DNA of 64,000 bases from Polyangiales bacterium (GCA_044229975.1 JBGARZ010000006.1:192001-256000), one strand, 5' to 3'; positions 51,808 to 62,389 are shown, counted from the stretch's first letter. Program-made: numbers and translations. Notes: generated by a model from the letters alone, not told the origin.

Positions 51808-52776
51808 TCACAGCCATTTCTTGAAGCGGAACCACAGCGCCATGCCGCTGCCGACCACCACCATCAGCCCCAGGGCGAAGGCGTAGCCGTAGTGCCAGTG
51901 CAGCTCGGGCATGTGGTCGAAGTTCATCCCGTAGACGCCCGCGATGAAGGTGAGCGGCAGCATGATGGTGGAGACCAGCGCGAGGGTCTTCATCACCTCG
52001 TTCATGCGGTTGGAGGTCTGCGAGAGGTACGCGTCGAGCGCCGCCGACAGCAGCTCGCGGTTGCCCTCCGCCATGTCCACCACCCGGACGAAGTGGTCGT
52101 GGATGTCCCGGAAGAACGGCAGCGCCCGCTCGGGAATCTGCTCGAACTCCCCGCGCGCCAGCCGTTGCAGTACCTCGCGCTGGTGCATCGCCGTGCGCCG
52201 CATCCGCTGGAGCGCGCGCTTCATCTTGAAGATCTTCGGGACGATGTCCGACGACGCCTTCTCCACCACCTCGGTCTCGATCGCGTCGATCTGCTCGTCG
52301 AAGGTCTCCGTCACCGGGAGGTAGAGGTCCACCATCCGGTCGATGATGGCGTGCGCCACGAAGGCCGGGCCGCGGTCCATTGCCTTGGGGTTGCGCGCGA
52401 ACTCCTCCGCCACCTCCGTCGGCGCCTTCAACCCGCCGCGGTGGTGCGTGAGCAGCCAGCGCTCGGAGAGCACCAGGTCGAGTTCGACGGTGCCGACGTG
52501 CTCGACGTCGGCCTCGGGGCAGTCCACCCCGTGGATCACCATGTACAGGTACTCCCCGTAGTCCTCGACCTTGGGGCCCGGCCGGTCGAGCAGGATGTCC
52601 TCCACCGCCAGGGGGTGTAGCTTCAACACGTCCGTCAACAGCGCCCGCAGGGGCTCGTCGATGCTGGTGGTGTCGATCCAGAAGGTGTCCTCGGACTGGA
52701 GCAGCCCCGGCACCTCCGCGAGGTCGGAGGTCTGGCGGACGCCCGCCGCCGTTCGCACATGAATCGTCGTTGCCAT
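51808..52776 (-). CDS. corA: Magnesium/cobalt transporter CorA
   Basis: LHPLAVED, PLTFIAGVYGMNF, MPEL; only the 3' part of ORF 51808..54525 is the gene. Confidence 0.95.
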   Translation of the reverse strand: MATTIHVRTAAGVRQTSDLAEVPGLLQSEDTFWIDTTSIDEPLRALLTDVLKLHPLAVEDILLDRPGPKVEDYGEYLYMVIHGVDCPEADVEHVGTVELDLVLSERWLLTHHRGGLKAPTEVAEEFARNPKAMDRGPAFVAHAIIDRMVDLYLPVTETFDEQIDAIETEVVEKASSDIVPKIFKMKRALQRMRRTAMHQREVLQRLARGEFEQIPERALPFFRDIHDHFVRVVDMAEGNRELLSAALDAYLSQTSNRMNEVMKTLALVSTIMLPLTFIAGVYGMNFDHMPELHWHYGYAFALGLMVVVGSGMALWFRFKKWL

Positions 52777-52863
52777 GAGGGGTGTAGGCGCCGACCATAA
52801 CTGATCGCGAGAAAGGGTGATGCGGCCGTCAGGGGAGGGATGGTACGGTCTCCACAGGTGACG

Positions 52864-53844
52864 ATGCCTGACGAGCGCCGAACTCCCGGTGCAACCCCAC
52901 CTGGTGCCTCCACGCCGCGCGATACGGTGATCGACCGCGCGTACCAGTCCACGCCGGAGTCCGTGCGCACCATGCCGCTCGAAGACGGGCGCACCATCCG
53001 CGAGGGACTGCACCTGGCCATCCGCGACGCGCGCCGCCCCTCGGTGGTGGTGATGTCCGGCGGGGCCGTGGGGCTGCGGGTACGGCTCTCGGGCAACGTC
53101 ACGCTCGGGCGCGATCCCACCTGCGAGGTGGTTCTGCCCGACGCGGGTGTGTCGTGGCGCCACGCCCGGGTGGAAGACCGCGGCGACGCCTGGGTGCTCG
53201 TCGACCTCGGGAGCACCAACGGCTCGCAGCTCAACGGCATCCGCCAGGGCGAAGGCCCGCTGGCGCACGGCGACCGCGTCACCCTCGGGCGCACGATGAT
53301 GCGCTTCGAGATGCAGGATCACCTCGACCAGGCCTTCGACGAGCACCTCGACCGGCTGCTGCACATCGACGACCTGTCGGGGCTCTACGTGCGGCGGCGC
53401 TTCGACCAGGAGATGACCCGCACCGTCGCGGCGGCGAGCACCCAGGGCCGCAGCGCGGGGCTGCTCGTGATGGACATGGATGGCATCAAGGCCATCAACG
53501 ACAAGTACGGGCACCTCTTCGGGGCGTACACCATCGGGGAGACGGGCCGGGTCATCGGCGAGGTGCTCGGCGATCGGGGCATCGGGTCGCGCTTCGGCGG
53601 TGATGAGTTCTGCGCGCTGCTGCCCGACCACGACCAGGCGCAGGCGTTTGCCGTCGGGGCGGAGATTCACGCGGCGGTCAACGCGCATTGCTATGCGCGG
53701 GAGGGCATCACGCTGCACCCGGGCATCTCCATCGGCGTGGCGGCCTTTCCGGAAGATGCTGCGGATGCCGAGAAGTTGTTTCAGCGCGCCGATGAGGCGC
53801 TGTATCGGGCGAAGCAGGGAGGGCGCAACCGCGTGATGCGCTAG
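52864..53844 (+). CDS. FHA-domain diguanylate cyclase
   Basis: FHA (LGR...VSWRH...DLGSTNG); INDKYGH, RFGGDEF, RADEALYRAK. Confidence 0.93.
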   Translation: MPDERRTPGATPPGASTPRDTVIDRAYQSTPESVRTMPLEDGRTIREGLHLAIRDARRPSVVVMSGGAVGLRVRLSGNVTLGRDPTCEVVLPDAGVSWRHARVEDRGDAWVLVDLGSTNGSQLNGIRQGEGPLAHGDRVTLGRTMMRFEMQDHLDQAFDEHLDRLLHIDDLSGLYVRRRFDQEMTRTVAAASTQGRSAGLLVMDMDGIKAINDKYGHLFGAYTIGETGRVIGEVLGDRGIGSRFGGDEFCALLPDHDQAQAFAVGAEIHAAVNAHCYAREGITLHPGISIGVAAFPEDAADAEKLFQRADEALYRAKQGGRNRVMR

Positions 53845-53904
53845 TCGGCGTGTCCGTCGGTCCCGCAACGAGAGCCCGCGAAGGCGGGCGGTGGATGGTG
53901 AGCG

Positions 53905-56900
53905 ATGTTCGAGGTCCGTTGCCCAGGCTGCCAGAACCCCTTCGAGCTCGACGAGCGTCGCGTGCCTCGCAATGGGATGACCATGCGGTGCCCGAAGTGC
54001 CAGACCACCTTCGTGGTCAAGCGCCCGGAGACCCTCGCCTTCGCGGGGGCGCCGCCCGCGAGTGATGGCTCCGGGGCCGTCGCGCTCCCGATGCCCGTCC
54101 TGCCCGGTGGGGCGAAGGGGCCGCCGCCTCCGCCCGTTCCTGGCGTGCGCCCGGGGCCCAACCAGCCGACGCGCCCGCCCGGTCCGCGTCCGCCGATGCC
54201 CGCCGACCTCGCCGCGGAGATTCTCGGTCGCACCCCCGCACCCCCGGCGGTGAGCGCCAGCGCGGTCGACTCGTCGTGGGAACTCTCCGTCGACCTCCCG
54301 GTTGCGGCCAACCCCGAGGTCGCGCTGCCCGTCCCCGCCGAGCCCGGTCCGCGTCGCGGGAGCATCTCCGCCGCGGGTCTCCCGGCGCAGAACCCGGCCT
54401 TCGGCCCGAGCGTGAAGTCCACCCTCACCATGCTGCCCGAGCTGCGACCAGAGCAGCAGGCCGTGATGGGACGACCGTCGCCGCGCCCCATTCCGCCCGA
54501 GGAGATGGGGCTGCCGGGGCTCCATTCGCAGCAGGCCGTGGGCTTGCCCGCGCTCTATCAGGGCAACGTCGGGCTCCCGCAGGTCGCGGCCGCGCTCCCG
54601 CAGATGGCCGCTGGGCTGCCGCAGATGGCTGCGGGGCTTCCGCAGACCGCAGCCGGGCTCCCGCAGACGGCCGCGGCCCTGCCGCAGATGGCCGCCGGGC
54701 TCCCGATGAACGCCGCTGGGCTCCCGATGAACGCCGCGGGCTACCCGATGAACGCCGCGGGTCTGCCCATGAACGCGGCCGGACTCCCGATGAACGCGTC
54801 GGGCCTCCCGATGAACGCCGCGGGTCTGCCCATGAACGCATCGGGCCTCCCGATGAACGCCGCGGGTCTACCCATGAACGCCGCGGAGCTGCCCAACCTG
54901 GAGCCCGACCTTCCCACCGGCGGCCCTCGCCTGGCCGTGCTCGGTCGCGTCAACGTCGAGCGCCGCGCGTTTACCGTCGACGCCGACGACCTGCCTTCGC
55001 TGGCCGGTGAAGCCGCACTCCCGGTGCGCTCGGCCAACCAGCCGGTGCGCGAAGAGTACGCGACGCCGATGGACGATCGCGGCGGTCGCGGACTCCACGG
55101 TGGCGGGGTGAACTACGGCGAGCTCGACCTCGGCGACGTCATCGGGCAGCCGATGCCTCCGCCGCCCAGTCCCTACAATCCCCCCGGCGCAAACCCCTAC
55201 GCGCCGTCCACCCCGGCGGCGGACATCGGTCGGGAGTTCGACGCCATCCCGGGGAGCGTGCGACCGCCGCCGCCTCACCAGAGCGTGCAGGCGCCAGCCC
55301 CGAAGCCCTTCAAGAAGGAGCCGGCGAAGAAGGCGACGCCGACCCACGACGGTCGCGCCCGGCCGTGGGTGCAGTACGCGCTCTATGGCGCCCTCGGCGT
55401 GCTCGGCATCGGCGTGCTCGGCGGCGCGGCGCTCGCCACCACCGAGTACGGCGCCTTCGGCAAGAACTGGTTCGACGAGCAGCTCCATGGTCCCGAGCGC
55501 CACGCCGCGGCCACGCGGGTGATCCAGTACGTCGATCGCTTCATCGAGCACGACACGTACGACCGCGCCATCTCTGGTCTGCGACGCGTCGAGCAGGCCC
55601 TCAGCCGCGTGCCCAAGGAGCGCGAGCTCAAGGCGTACATCGTCTACGCGAACAACCTCGTGGTGCTGCGCTTCGGCGCCGACCCGACGCGCACCGGCCG
55701 CGCCCGCACGCTCCTCGCAGAGCTCGCCGACGCGCCTCCGGGGATGCAGTTCCTGGCGCTGGCGAAGGCGTCCGATGCGCTCGCGCGGGGCAACCCCCGG
55801 GAGGCGCTGCGCCTCGCCCGCAACGACCCCAACGGGCGCGACCTCGCCACCATGGCCGCGGCCGAGCTCAACGACACCGCCCAGTGGCTGCGCTACGCCA
55901 CCGCGGGCCGTCAGCGCCACCCCACCGCGCGCTCGCGCTACCTCCTGGCGCGGGCGTACCTCGCGACCGGTGACGCCGTCGCGGCCCGGCGCATGGCCGA
56001 CGAGACCCTCCAGCACGAGCGGCACCACCCCGGCGCGCGCATCCTCCTGGCGCGTCTGCTCGGTCAGCGCGAAGAAGACCAGGCCCGCGCCCTCTCGCTG
56101 CTGTCCGACCTCGTGGGCGCGACCGCCCGCGGCGCCGCGGCGAGCTACGCGTCGCCCACCGAGCGCGCCGATGCGTGCGTGGTGGCCGGTCAGATCGAGC
56201 TGTCGCGCGATCGTGTGTCGGTGGCGCAGGCGAGGTTCCAGCGCGCGCTGGAGCTGGAGCCGCGCAGCGCGACGGCGCTCGTGGGCATCGGGTCGATCTT
56301 GTACCGGCAGGGCAACTTCACCGACGCGCAGGCGCGCTTCCGCAACGCCTTCAGCGCCGACGCGCAGAACCTCGACGCCGTCATCGGCATCGCCCAGTCG
56401 ACGCTGTCGCTCAACCAGCCCGCCGAGGCCAAGGCCGCGCTCGAGCCCGCCGTCGCGTCGCACCCCAACGACGGCCGCCTCCACTACTGGCTCGGCCGCG
56501 CGCTCGCCGCCACCACCGACCAGCGATCGCTCGCGCAGCAGTCGTTTCGCGAGGCCATTCGCCTCCAGCCCGACAACCTCGACGCGTACGTCTCGCTCTC
56601 CGAGCTGCTCATCGCGATGCAGCGCAACGACGCCGCCGACCAGGTGCTCGTCGAGGCCCGCGCCCGCGTGCCCGACAACGCCGCCATCCACCGCGCGCTC
56701 GCCCACGGCCGCCTCTCCCGCGGCGACATCCCCGGCGCCGAGGAAGAACTCCGCGTCGCCCTCCAGCGCGACCCCGAGGACGTGCGCGCGCACTACGCCC
56801 TCGGCGACGTCTACCGCCGCATGCAGCGCCTCGACGACGCCACGCGCGAGCTCAACACCGTCGCTCACATCGACCCCGACTACCCGGGCCTCGCCCTCGC

Positions 56901-57771
56901 CCGCGGCCGCCTCGCCGAGGCGCGCGGTCAGCTCCCCGAGGCGCTCGCGACCTTCCGAGAGGCGCTGGCGCGCGACCCCACCAACCCCGAGCTCATCAAC
57001 CGCGTGGCGGCGACGCTCGTGGCGCTGGGCAACTTCGGCGACGCCGACCAGATGCTCCGCTCGGTGGTGGTCAACCAGCCCACCAACGCCGAGGCGCAGT
57101 ACCTCATGGGTCGCGCGCGTCTCGGCGCGGGCAACTACGTCGACTCGGTGCACTACCTCGATCGCGCCATCGAGCTCAACCCGCTGCGGGCGGAGTTCAA
57201 GGCCTTCGCGGCCGAGGCGCACCGTCGCGCGGGCGACATCGTGCGCGCGCTCCAGCTCGCCGAGGAGTCCATCCAGCTCGACCCGGCTTTCCCGCGCGGG
57301 TACTGGGTGCGCGCGGAGATTCGCGTGCGCCAGGGCGCAGCGGCGCAAGCGCTCGTCGACATCAACCGCGCGACGCAGCTCGATGGAACGTTCTGGGACG
57401 CCTACGCGACCTGGGCGGACATCGACGATGCGCTCGGCCGTCGCGACGACGCCATCCGGCTCTACCAGATCGCCATCTCGCACGACCCGCGACACGGCGA
57501 CTGGTTCTACAACCTCGGTCGGCTCCTGGCCGACGCGGGGCGCGAGGGCGATGCGCGCGCGGCCATGCTCCAGGTGCGGGCGCTGGGCTCGGGGCTCAAC
57601 CCGACGCCGAGCTGGTTCGTCCAGGGCACGCGGCAGCTCGCCGACCTCGAACGCCAGAGCAACCCCACCGAAGCGCGCAGGCTCTACGTGGAGTACCTGC
57701 GGATGGTTCCGCCCAACAGCCCATCGTCCAACAGCGTGCAGGTCATCCTCGGAGAGATGAGCGGCGGCTGA
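53905..57771 (+). CDS. MJ0042-type zinc-ribbon + low-complexity linker + TM + large TPR array protein
   Basis: CPGC...CPKC N-terminus; Pro-rich linker with heptad repeats; one TM helix; many TPR-like repeats. Confidence 0.88.
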   Translation: MFEVRCPGCQNPFELDERRVPRNGMTMRCPKCQTTFVVKRPETLAFAGAPPASDGSGAVALPMPVLPGGAKGPPPPPVPGVRPGPNQPTRPPGPRPPMPADLAAEILGRTPAPPAVSASAVDSSWELSVDLPVAANPEVALPVPAEPGPRRGSISAAGLPAQNPAFGPSVKSTLTMLPELRPEQQAVMGRPSPRPIPPEEMGLPGLHSQQAVGLPALYQGNVGLPQVAAALPQMAAGLPQMAAGLPQTAAGLPQTAAALPQMAAGLPMNAAGLPMNAAGYPMNAAGLPMNAAGLPMNASGLPMNAAGLPMNASGLPMNAAGLPMNAAELPNLEPDLPTGGPRLAVLGRVNVERRAFTVDADDLPSLAGEAALPVRSANQPVREEYATPMDDRGGRGLHGGGVNYGELDLGDVIGQPMPPPPSPYNPPGANPYAPSTPAADIGREFDAIPGSVRPPPPHQSVQAPAPKPFKKEPAKKATPTHDGRARPWVQYALYGALGVLGIGVLGGAALATTEYGAFGKNWFDEQLHGPERHAAATRVIQYVDRFIEHDTYDRAISGLRRVEQALSRVPKERELKAYIVYANNLVVLRFGADPTRTGRARTLLAELADAPPGMQFLALAKASDALARGNPREALRLARNDPNGRDLATMAAAELNDTAQWLRYATAGRQRHPTARSRYLLARAYLATGDAVAARRMADETLQHERHHPGARILLARLLGQREEDQARALSLLSDLVGATARGAAASYASPTERADACVVAGQIELSRDRVSVAQARFQRALELEPRSATALVGIGSILYRQGNFTDAQARFRNAFSADAQNLDAVIGIAQSTLSLNQPAEAKAALEPAVASHPNDGRLHYWLGRALAATTDQRSLAQQSFREAIRLQPDNLDAYVSLSELLIAMQRNDAADQVLVEARARVPDNAAIHRALAHGRLSRGDIPGAEEELRVALQRDPEDVRAHYALGDVYRRMQRLDDATRELNTVAHIDPDYPGLALARGRLAEARGQLPEALATFREALARDPTNPELINRVAATLVALGNFGDADQMLRSVVVNQPTNAEAQYLMGRARLGAGNYVDSVHYLDRAIELNPLRAEFKAFAAEAHRRAGDIVRALQLAEESIQLDPAFPRGYWVRAEIRVRQGAAAQALVDINRATQLDGTFWDAYATWADIDDALGRRDDAIRLYQIAISHDPRHGDWFYNLGRLLADAGREGDARAAMLQVRALGSGLNPTPSWFVQGTRQLADLERQSNPTEARRLYVEYLRMVPPNSPSSNSVQVILGEMSGG
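54571..54885 (+). repeat. Coding tandem repeat, 15 x 21 bp (xLPQxAA x6, then GLPMNAA-type x9)
   Basis: Counted directly in DNA and translation. Confidence 0.95.
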
Positions 57772-57924
57772 AGCCGATCGGGGCGTCGAGCCTCGGGTGT
57801 GGCGTCTCTGTCAGATCGCGGCGTCCTCGCGGGCGCCAAACCACTGCCCGAATGTTGCGGCTCACGGGATGCAACGTGCATGGACGTTCAAACGCGTCCG
57901 CGCATCTGCCGGAGGTCACGTCCC

Positions 57925-58203
57925 GTGAACACCCACGACAACCCGACCGACCTGTGCCGTTTCCCGAAGCTGCTCTACGCCCCGCTGGGGTTGATCATCG
58001 TCGCGCTGGCGATGCGAGGCGTCGCCTCGCCGCTCACGGTGGTGGCGGTCGACCTGCTGGCGTTGGGGCTGGGCGCGCTCGCCGGGTGGCTGGGCGGGGA
58101 GTTCGTGACGGGGAGAGAGCCCTACTCGGTCTCGCGGGCGGCGGCGCGGTTCTCTTCGCGCAAGGCACGGCCGCGGGTGAGGGCCGCGTCGCGGGCCTCG
58201 TAG
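57925..58203 (+). CDS. Possible small membrane protein
   Basis: GGAGG RBS before GTG 57925; two hydrophobic stretches; overlaps the 3' end of convergent phoH. Confidence 0.4.
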   Translation: MNTHDNPTDLCRFPKLLYAPLGLIIVALAMRGVASPLTVVAVDLLALGLGALAGWLGGEFVTGREPYSVSRAAARFSSRKARPRVRAASRAS

Positions 58204-59180
58204 GCGCGGACGATGCGGGCCACCAGCGGGTGGCGCACCACGTCGACGTCCGTGAAGGTGCAGAACGCGATGCCATCAACGCCCGCCAGGAGGTTGGTGG
58301 CGTCGGAGAGGCCCGACTTGCGGCCCTCGGGGAGGTCGACCTGCGTGACGTCGCCGGTGATGACCGCCTTCGAGTCGTACCCGAGGCGCGTCAGGAACAT
58401 CTTCATCTGCTCGGACGTGGTGTTTTGCGCCTCGTCGAGGATCACGAAGGCTTCGTTGAGGGTGCGGCCGCGCATGAAGGCGAGCGGCGCGACCTCGATC
58501 TGCCCGCGCTGGATGAGCGCCTGGGCTTTGTCGAGATCCATCATGTCGTGCATCGCGTCGTAGAGCGGGCGCAGGTACGGATTGACCTTCTCCGCGAGGT
58601 CGCCCGGGAGAAACCCGAGCTTCTCTCCGGCCTCCACCGCGGGTCGCGTGAGGATGATGCGCTTGACCTTCTTCTGCATCAGCGCCGCCACGGCCATGGC
58701 CATCGCGAGGTAGGTCTTGCCCGTCCCCGCCGGGCCGATGCCAAACACGATGTCGTGCTCGCGCAGCGCCTCGATGTACTTCTTCTGGGCGAGGCCCTTC
58801 GGCGCGATGATGCGGTGCTTCGCGCTCACCAGCACCACGTCTTGAAACACGTCGCGCAGCTTCAGCTCGGGGTGCTCCTTGAGGAGCCGCACCGAGCGCG
58901 CCACGTCGTTGCCGTTGATCTCGTTGCCGTCGCGGATGGACTCGCACAGCTCGGCGACGACCCGCTCGGCGAAGGCCACCTCCTCGGCCGATGCTCCGTG
59001 GATGTGCACCTGGTTGCCGCGCTGGCCGATGGTCACACCGGTCTCGGCCTCCAGCACCCGCAGGTGCTCGTTGCGCGGCCCGCACAGCGCTACCAGCAGC
59101 GCAGGATCGTCCACATCCACCTGCGCGCTCCCGCCCGGGTTGCGCGCGCCCTTCGTCCCCGACACGTCACGGTTCGCCAT
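58122..59180 (-). CDS. phoH: PhoH family protein (YbeZ-like)
   Basis: GPAGTGKT, RPAVEAGEKLGFLPG, AFMRGRTL, DEAQN, GDVTQVDLP, DVVRHPLV. Confidence 0.95.
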   Translation of the reverse strand: MANRDVSGTKGARNPGGSAQVDVDDPALLVALCGPRNEHLRVLEAETGVTIGQRGNQVHIHGASAEEVAFAERVVAELCESIRDGNEINGNDVARSVRLLKEHPELKLRDVFQDVVLVSAKHRIIAPKGLAQKKYIEALREHDIVFGIGPAGTGKTYLAMAMAVAALMQKKVKRIILTRPAVEAGEKLGFLPGDLAEKVNPYLRPLYDAMHDMMDLDKAQALIQRGQIEVAPLAFMRGRTLNEAFVILDEAQNTTSEQMKMFLTRLGYDSKAVITGDVTQVDLPEGRKSGLSDATNLLAGVDGIAFCTFTDVDVVRHPLVARIVRAYEARDAALTRGRALREENRAAARETE

Positions 59181-59239
59181 TCGCCGTCGAAGCTACCACG
59201 CCTCCGCGGTCCCGCACCGCATCGCGGTATAGGTGCGGG

Positions 59240-59926
59240 GTGACGATTCGCGCGGTGGTGTTCGACCTCGATGACACGCTCTACCCGGAGTCGGCCTACG
59301 TGGCCTCGGGCTTCCGCGCCGTGGGCGAGGCGCTGGCGAAGGAGCACTCGCTCCACGGGTTCGGTGAGCTCGCGGCCTCCCTCGCGGCGTCGGGCGTGCG
59401 TGGCAACGTATTCGACGAGGCGCTGCGGCGCTCAGGCGTCGCGGCCGAGCGGGTCGGCGCGCTGGTCGCGTGGAGCGTCGAGCGGTACCGCGATCACCGG
59501 CCGGACATCGCCCTCTTCCCAGAGGCCCACGAGGCGCTGGACGGCTTACGTGGAAAGGTAAAGATCGGCGTGCTGACGGACGGCTGGCTGGCGGCGCAGC
59601 GGCGCAAGGTCGAGGCGCTGGGGTTGGCGGAGCGGGTCGACGCGGTGGTGTTCAGCGACAGCTTCGGGCGCGAGCACTGGAAGCCGAGCGAGGTTCCGTA
59701 TCGGGCGGTGGCCGACGCGCTCGGGGTGGCGCACGATGGCTGCGTGTACATCGCCGACAACCCCGCGAAGGACTTCATCACGGCGCGGGCGTTGGGGTGG
59801 CGCACGGTGCAGGTGTCGCGGCCGGGGCAGACGCACCCGAGCGTGGCGCCGAGCGACGCGCACGCGGCGGAGGTGAGCGCGGTGGGGTTGCGCGAGGCGA
59901 TGGCGATCGTGGCGGGGTGGCGGTGA
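59240..59926 (+). CDS. HAD family hydrolase
   Basis: VVFDLDDTLY, LTDG, WKPS, YIADNPAKDF. Confidence 0.92.
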   Translation: MTIRAVVFDLDDTLYPESAYVASGFRAVGEALAKEHSLHGFGELAASLAASGVRGNVFDEALRRSGVAAERVGALVAWSVERYRDHRPDIALFPEAHEALDGLRGKVKIGVLTDGWLAAQRRKVEALGLAERVDAVVFSDSFGREHWKPSEVPYRAVADALGVAHDGCVYIADNPAKDFITARALGWRTVQVSRPGQTHPSVAPSDAHAAEVSAVGLREAMAIVAGWR

Positions 59927-60378
59927 AGCGGGCGCTGCCGTTGGTGGACGGGCGACCGGGGCCGCACCTCGATCAGGCGCGACGCAGCCTCGGCGGGTTG
60001 TGCGCGGAGGACGTCGACGCGTCGATGATCGGGCGGCTGGTGCGCTCGTCGACGCACGAGGGCGTGGTGCTGCACGCCGACGGGTCGACGGTGGACGTGC
60101 TGGTGTCGGCGGGCGTGGTGCGGCGCGTGGCGCGCGCGGGCGTGGTGACCGTCGACGACGTGGCGCTGTCGCCGCTGCGGCGACGGATGGCGGACGACGT
60201 GAGGCGGTTTGCGGCGATGCCGACGGGGCGGCGGGCGCGGTTTCTGGCGGAGGCGGGCGCCGAGGCCGAGGGGCTGCTGATCGAGAAGTGTCGCTACGGG
60301 GCGCTGGTGGCGCTCGACGACGGGCGGGTGGTGGCGCTGGGGTTCAGCCGGATGCTCGCGACGGTGGCGCCGGGGTAG
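59923..60378 (+). CDS. Hypothetical protein
   Basis: GTGA overlap with HAD gene; GC3-rich; LIEKCRYGALV motif. Confidence 0.65.
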   Translation: MKRALPLVDGRPGPHLDQARRSLGGLCAEDVDASMIGRLVRSSTHEGVVLHADGSTVDVLVSAGVVRRVARAGVVTVDDVALSPLRRRMADDVRRFAAMPTGRRARFLAEAGAEAEGLLIEKCRYGALVALDDGRVVALGFSRMLATVAPG

Positions 60379-60384
60379 CGACCG

Positions 60385-61248
60385 CTACTCGTCGATCACC
60401 CGCAGCCGGCCGTCGCTCCCGATGAGCGGCGCCCTCGCCCGCCCGCTCTTCGCGCCGCCCGCGTCGCGCTGGTCTTCCGCCTTCGGCGCGAGCGCGCGAT
60501 CGAGCAGCTGCGTCGGCCGCACGTTGCCCAGCGCCGCGAACACCGACGCCTTCACGCCGGGGTGTCCTTCTTCGAGCTGCCCGAGCAGCGCCTTGATCTG
60601 CTTGCGCTGGGCCTGCGACTGCGACCCGCACAGGTTGCACGGCAGGATCGGAAACCCCCGCTCGACCGCGTACGCCGCGAGCCACTCCTCGGCGCACGCG
60701 ATCATCGGGCGGATCACCACGTTGGCCCCGTCGTCCGAGCGCAGCCGCGCCGGCATCGCCGCGACCTTGCCCGCGAAGAACAGGTTGAGCAGCAGCGTCT
60801 CGATGGCGTCTTCGCGGTGGTGACCCAGCGCGATCTTCGTGCACCCGAGCTCCGTCGCCGCGCGGTACAGCACGCCGCGCCGCAGCCGCGAGCACAGCGC
60901 GCAGTACGTCGCGCCCTCGGGGACCTTGTCCACCACCACCGAGTACGTGTCCTCGCGCAGCACGTGCCACTCGCCGCCCTGCGCCTCCATCCACGCGCGC
61001 AGCGGTGCGCCGTCGTAGCCCGGCTGACCCTGGTCGAGGTGCACCGCCACCAGCTCGAAGCGCACCGGCGCGCGCCGCTGGAGGATGCGCAGCGCCTCGT
61101 GCATCGCGTAGCTGTCCTTGCCGCCCGACAGCGCGACCATCACCCGGTCGCCCTCGGCGATGAGCTCGTGCTCGACGACGGCGCGGCCCACCTCGCGGAC
61201 GATGCGCCGCTCCAGCGCGCTGCCGTTGCCGACCTCCGGCGCGGACAT
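60385..61248 (-). CDS. ttcA: tRNA 2-thiocytidine(32) synthetase TtcA
   Basis: SGGKDS PP-loop, CALCSRLRRG, ALGHHRED, PCNLCGSQ. Confidence 0.95.
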   Translation of the reverse strand: MSAPEVGNGSALERRIVREVGRAVVEHELIAEGDRVMVALSGGKDSYAMHEALRILQRRAPVRFELVAVHLDQGQPGYDGAPLRAWMEAQGGEWHVLREDTYSVVVDKVPEGATYCALCSRLRRGVLYRAATELGCTKIALGHHREDAIETLLLNLFFAGKVAAMPARLRSDDGANVVIRPMIACAEEWLAAYAVERGFPILPCNLCGSQSQAQRKQIKALLGQLEEGHPGVKASVFAALGNVRPTQLLDRALAPKAEDQRDAGGAKSGRARAPLIGSDGRLRVIDE

Positions 61249-61252
61249 GGCT

Positions 61253-62374
61253 CTACCCCTGCTGCTCGGCGGGCAGCGAGCGACGCACCCGACCGCGCCC
61301 GCGCCGCACCCGCGACACCACCCAGAACGCCGCCGACAGCACCGCCGCCACCGCGCCCACGAACAACACCGGAACCACCAGCTCGCGATGCCGCCCCAGG
61401 TGCAGTCGATCGATGGCCGCGAAGCGCCCGAACTTCGCCCGCAGCCAACCGCGCATCCCGGTACCCTGCCCCTGCTCGGGGTCGCCGCTCGCGCTCGGCA
61501 GACGGCGCGCCCGCTCGGCCTCGGCCACCACCGCCGCGGGCGTGTCCTGCACCACCGGCGCGACCGCCGCAGCCGCAGGAGGCGGCGCCGGGGCGAGCAC
61601 GCCGATGTGGTTGATGACCTCGCGCTCCCAGCCGCGCGACGGGCGATTCACCACGCCCCCTTCACCGCCGACGTACATCGTCGTCGAGCCGCCGCCATCG
61701 AGGTTGATCGCCCGCGCCGCGCCGAGCTCGATCATGAGCTCGGCCATCTCGGTGAGCGTTCCGCCGTGGCTCGTCGCGCGGCGACCGTCGACCGTCACCA
61801 GCATCACCTTGCGGCCGTCTTCCGACACCCCGACCGCCGACCGCGGCTCGCGGCTGAAGGTGCGAGGAAACGTGTACAGCTCCTGCGCGATGTGGCCGCT
61901 GTCGACGATCATCGGGCGGCCCGACACGCCGTCGGTGATGCGGCGCCGCGACGCCTGCACCACGTCGCTCGGCGGCGACACAAAGGCCCGGCCCGTCGCC
62001 GTCACCGCGAAGAACCCGTGCTCCGCGTCGTCGCTCCCCCAGATCTGTCCGCCGCCCGCCGCGAGGCCCTCAGCCCCCTGACCGAACAGCCCCCAGAAGC
62101 CGCCGTTCATGGCCGCCGAGAGGTTGGCGTCGCGGGCGTAGGCGCTCGTGCTCTTCCAGCGCTCGCGCGGCGGCGTGCAGCGGATGGTCACGCCGGGCAC
62201 GTCGAGGTCGATCACCAGCGCGTGAAACTCCGCGGGCGCCGGCGTCGTGCGGTGCAGGTGACGGATGCCGGGGTTGGGCGTCGTCCAGACGTCCACCGCG
62301 TGCGCGGGCGACGCGTACGCCCAGAGCGCCCAGGTGAGCGCCATCGTTCCGGCGCTGTGATAGAGGGTTCGCAC
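61253..62374 (-). CDS. Phosphodiester glycosidase (NAGPA/DUF2233) family protein, exported with C-terminal TM
   Basis: AAMNGGF, PRSAVG, LVTVDGR, AINLDGGGSTTM; signal-like N-terminus; start 62374 or 62344. Confidence 0.88.
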   Translation of the reverse strand: MRTLYHSAGTMALTWALWAYASPAHAVDVWTTPNPGIRHLHRTTPAPAEFHALVIDLDVPGVTIRCTPPRERWKSTSAYARDANLSAAMNGGFWGLFGQGAEGLAAGGGQIWGSDDAEHGFFAVTATGRAFVSPPSDVVQASRRRITDGVSGRPMIVDSGHIAQELYTFPRTFSREPRSAVGVSEDGRKVMLVTVDGRRATSHGGTLTEMAELMIELGAARAINLDGGGSTTMYVGGEGGVVNRPSRGWEREVINHIGVLAPAPPPAAAAVAPVVQDTPAAVVAEAERARRLPSASGDPEQGQGTGMRGWLRAKFGRFAAIDRLHLGRHRELVVPVLFVGAVAAVLSAAFWVVSRVRRGRGRVRRSLPAEQQG

Positions 62375-62389
62375 TGGATCGGTCCTCGA

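Noticed and set aside
52777..54525. 905-aa extended CorA
   Set aside because: The extension is antisense to the GGDEF and TPR genes; CorA homology starts at 52776
54571..54885. CRISPR array
   Set aside because: Contiguous in-frame 21-bp coding repeats with no unique spacers and no cas genes
61118..62389. 792-aa ORF giving the FAM20-like kinase a long N-terminal extension
   Set aside because: The extension is the antisense shadow of the NAGPA-family gene; the leader-like sequence begins at 62390
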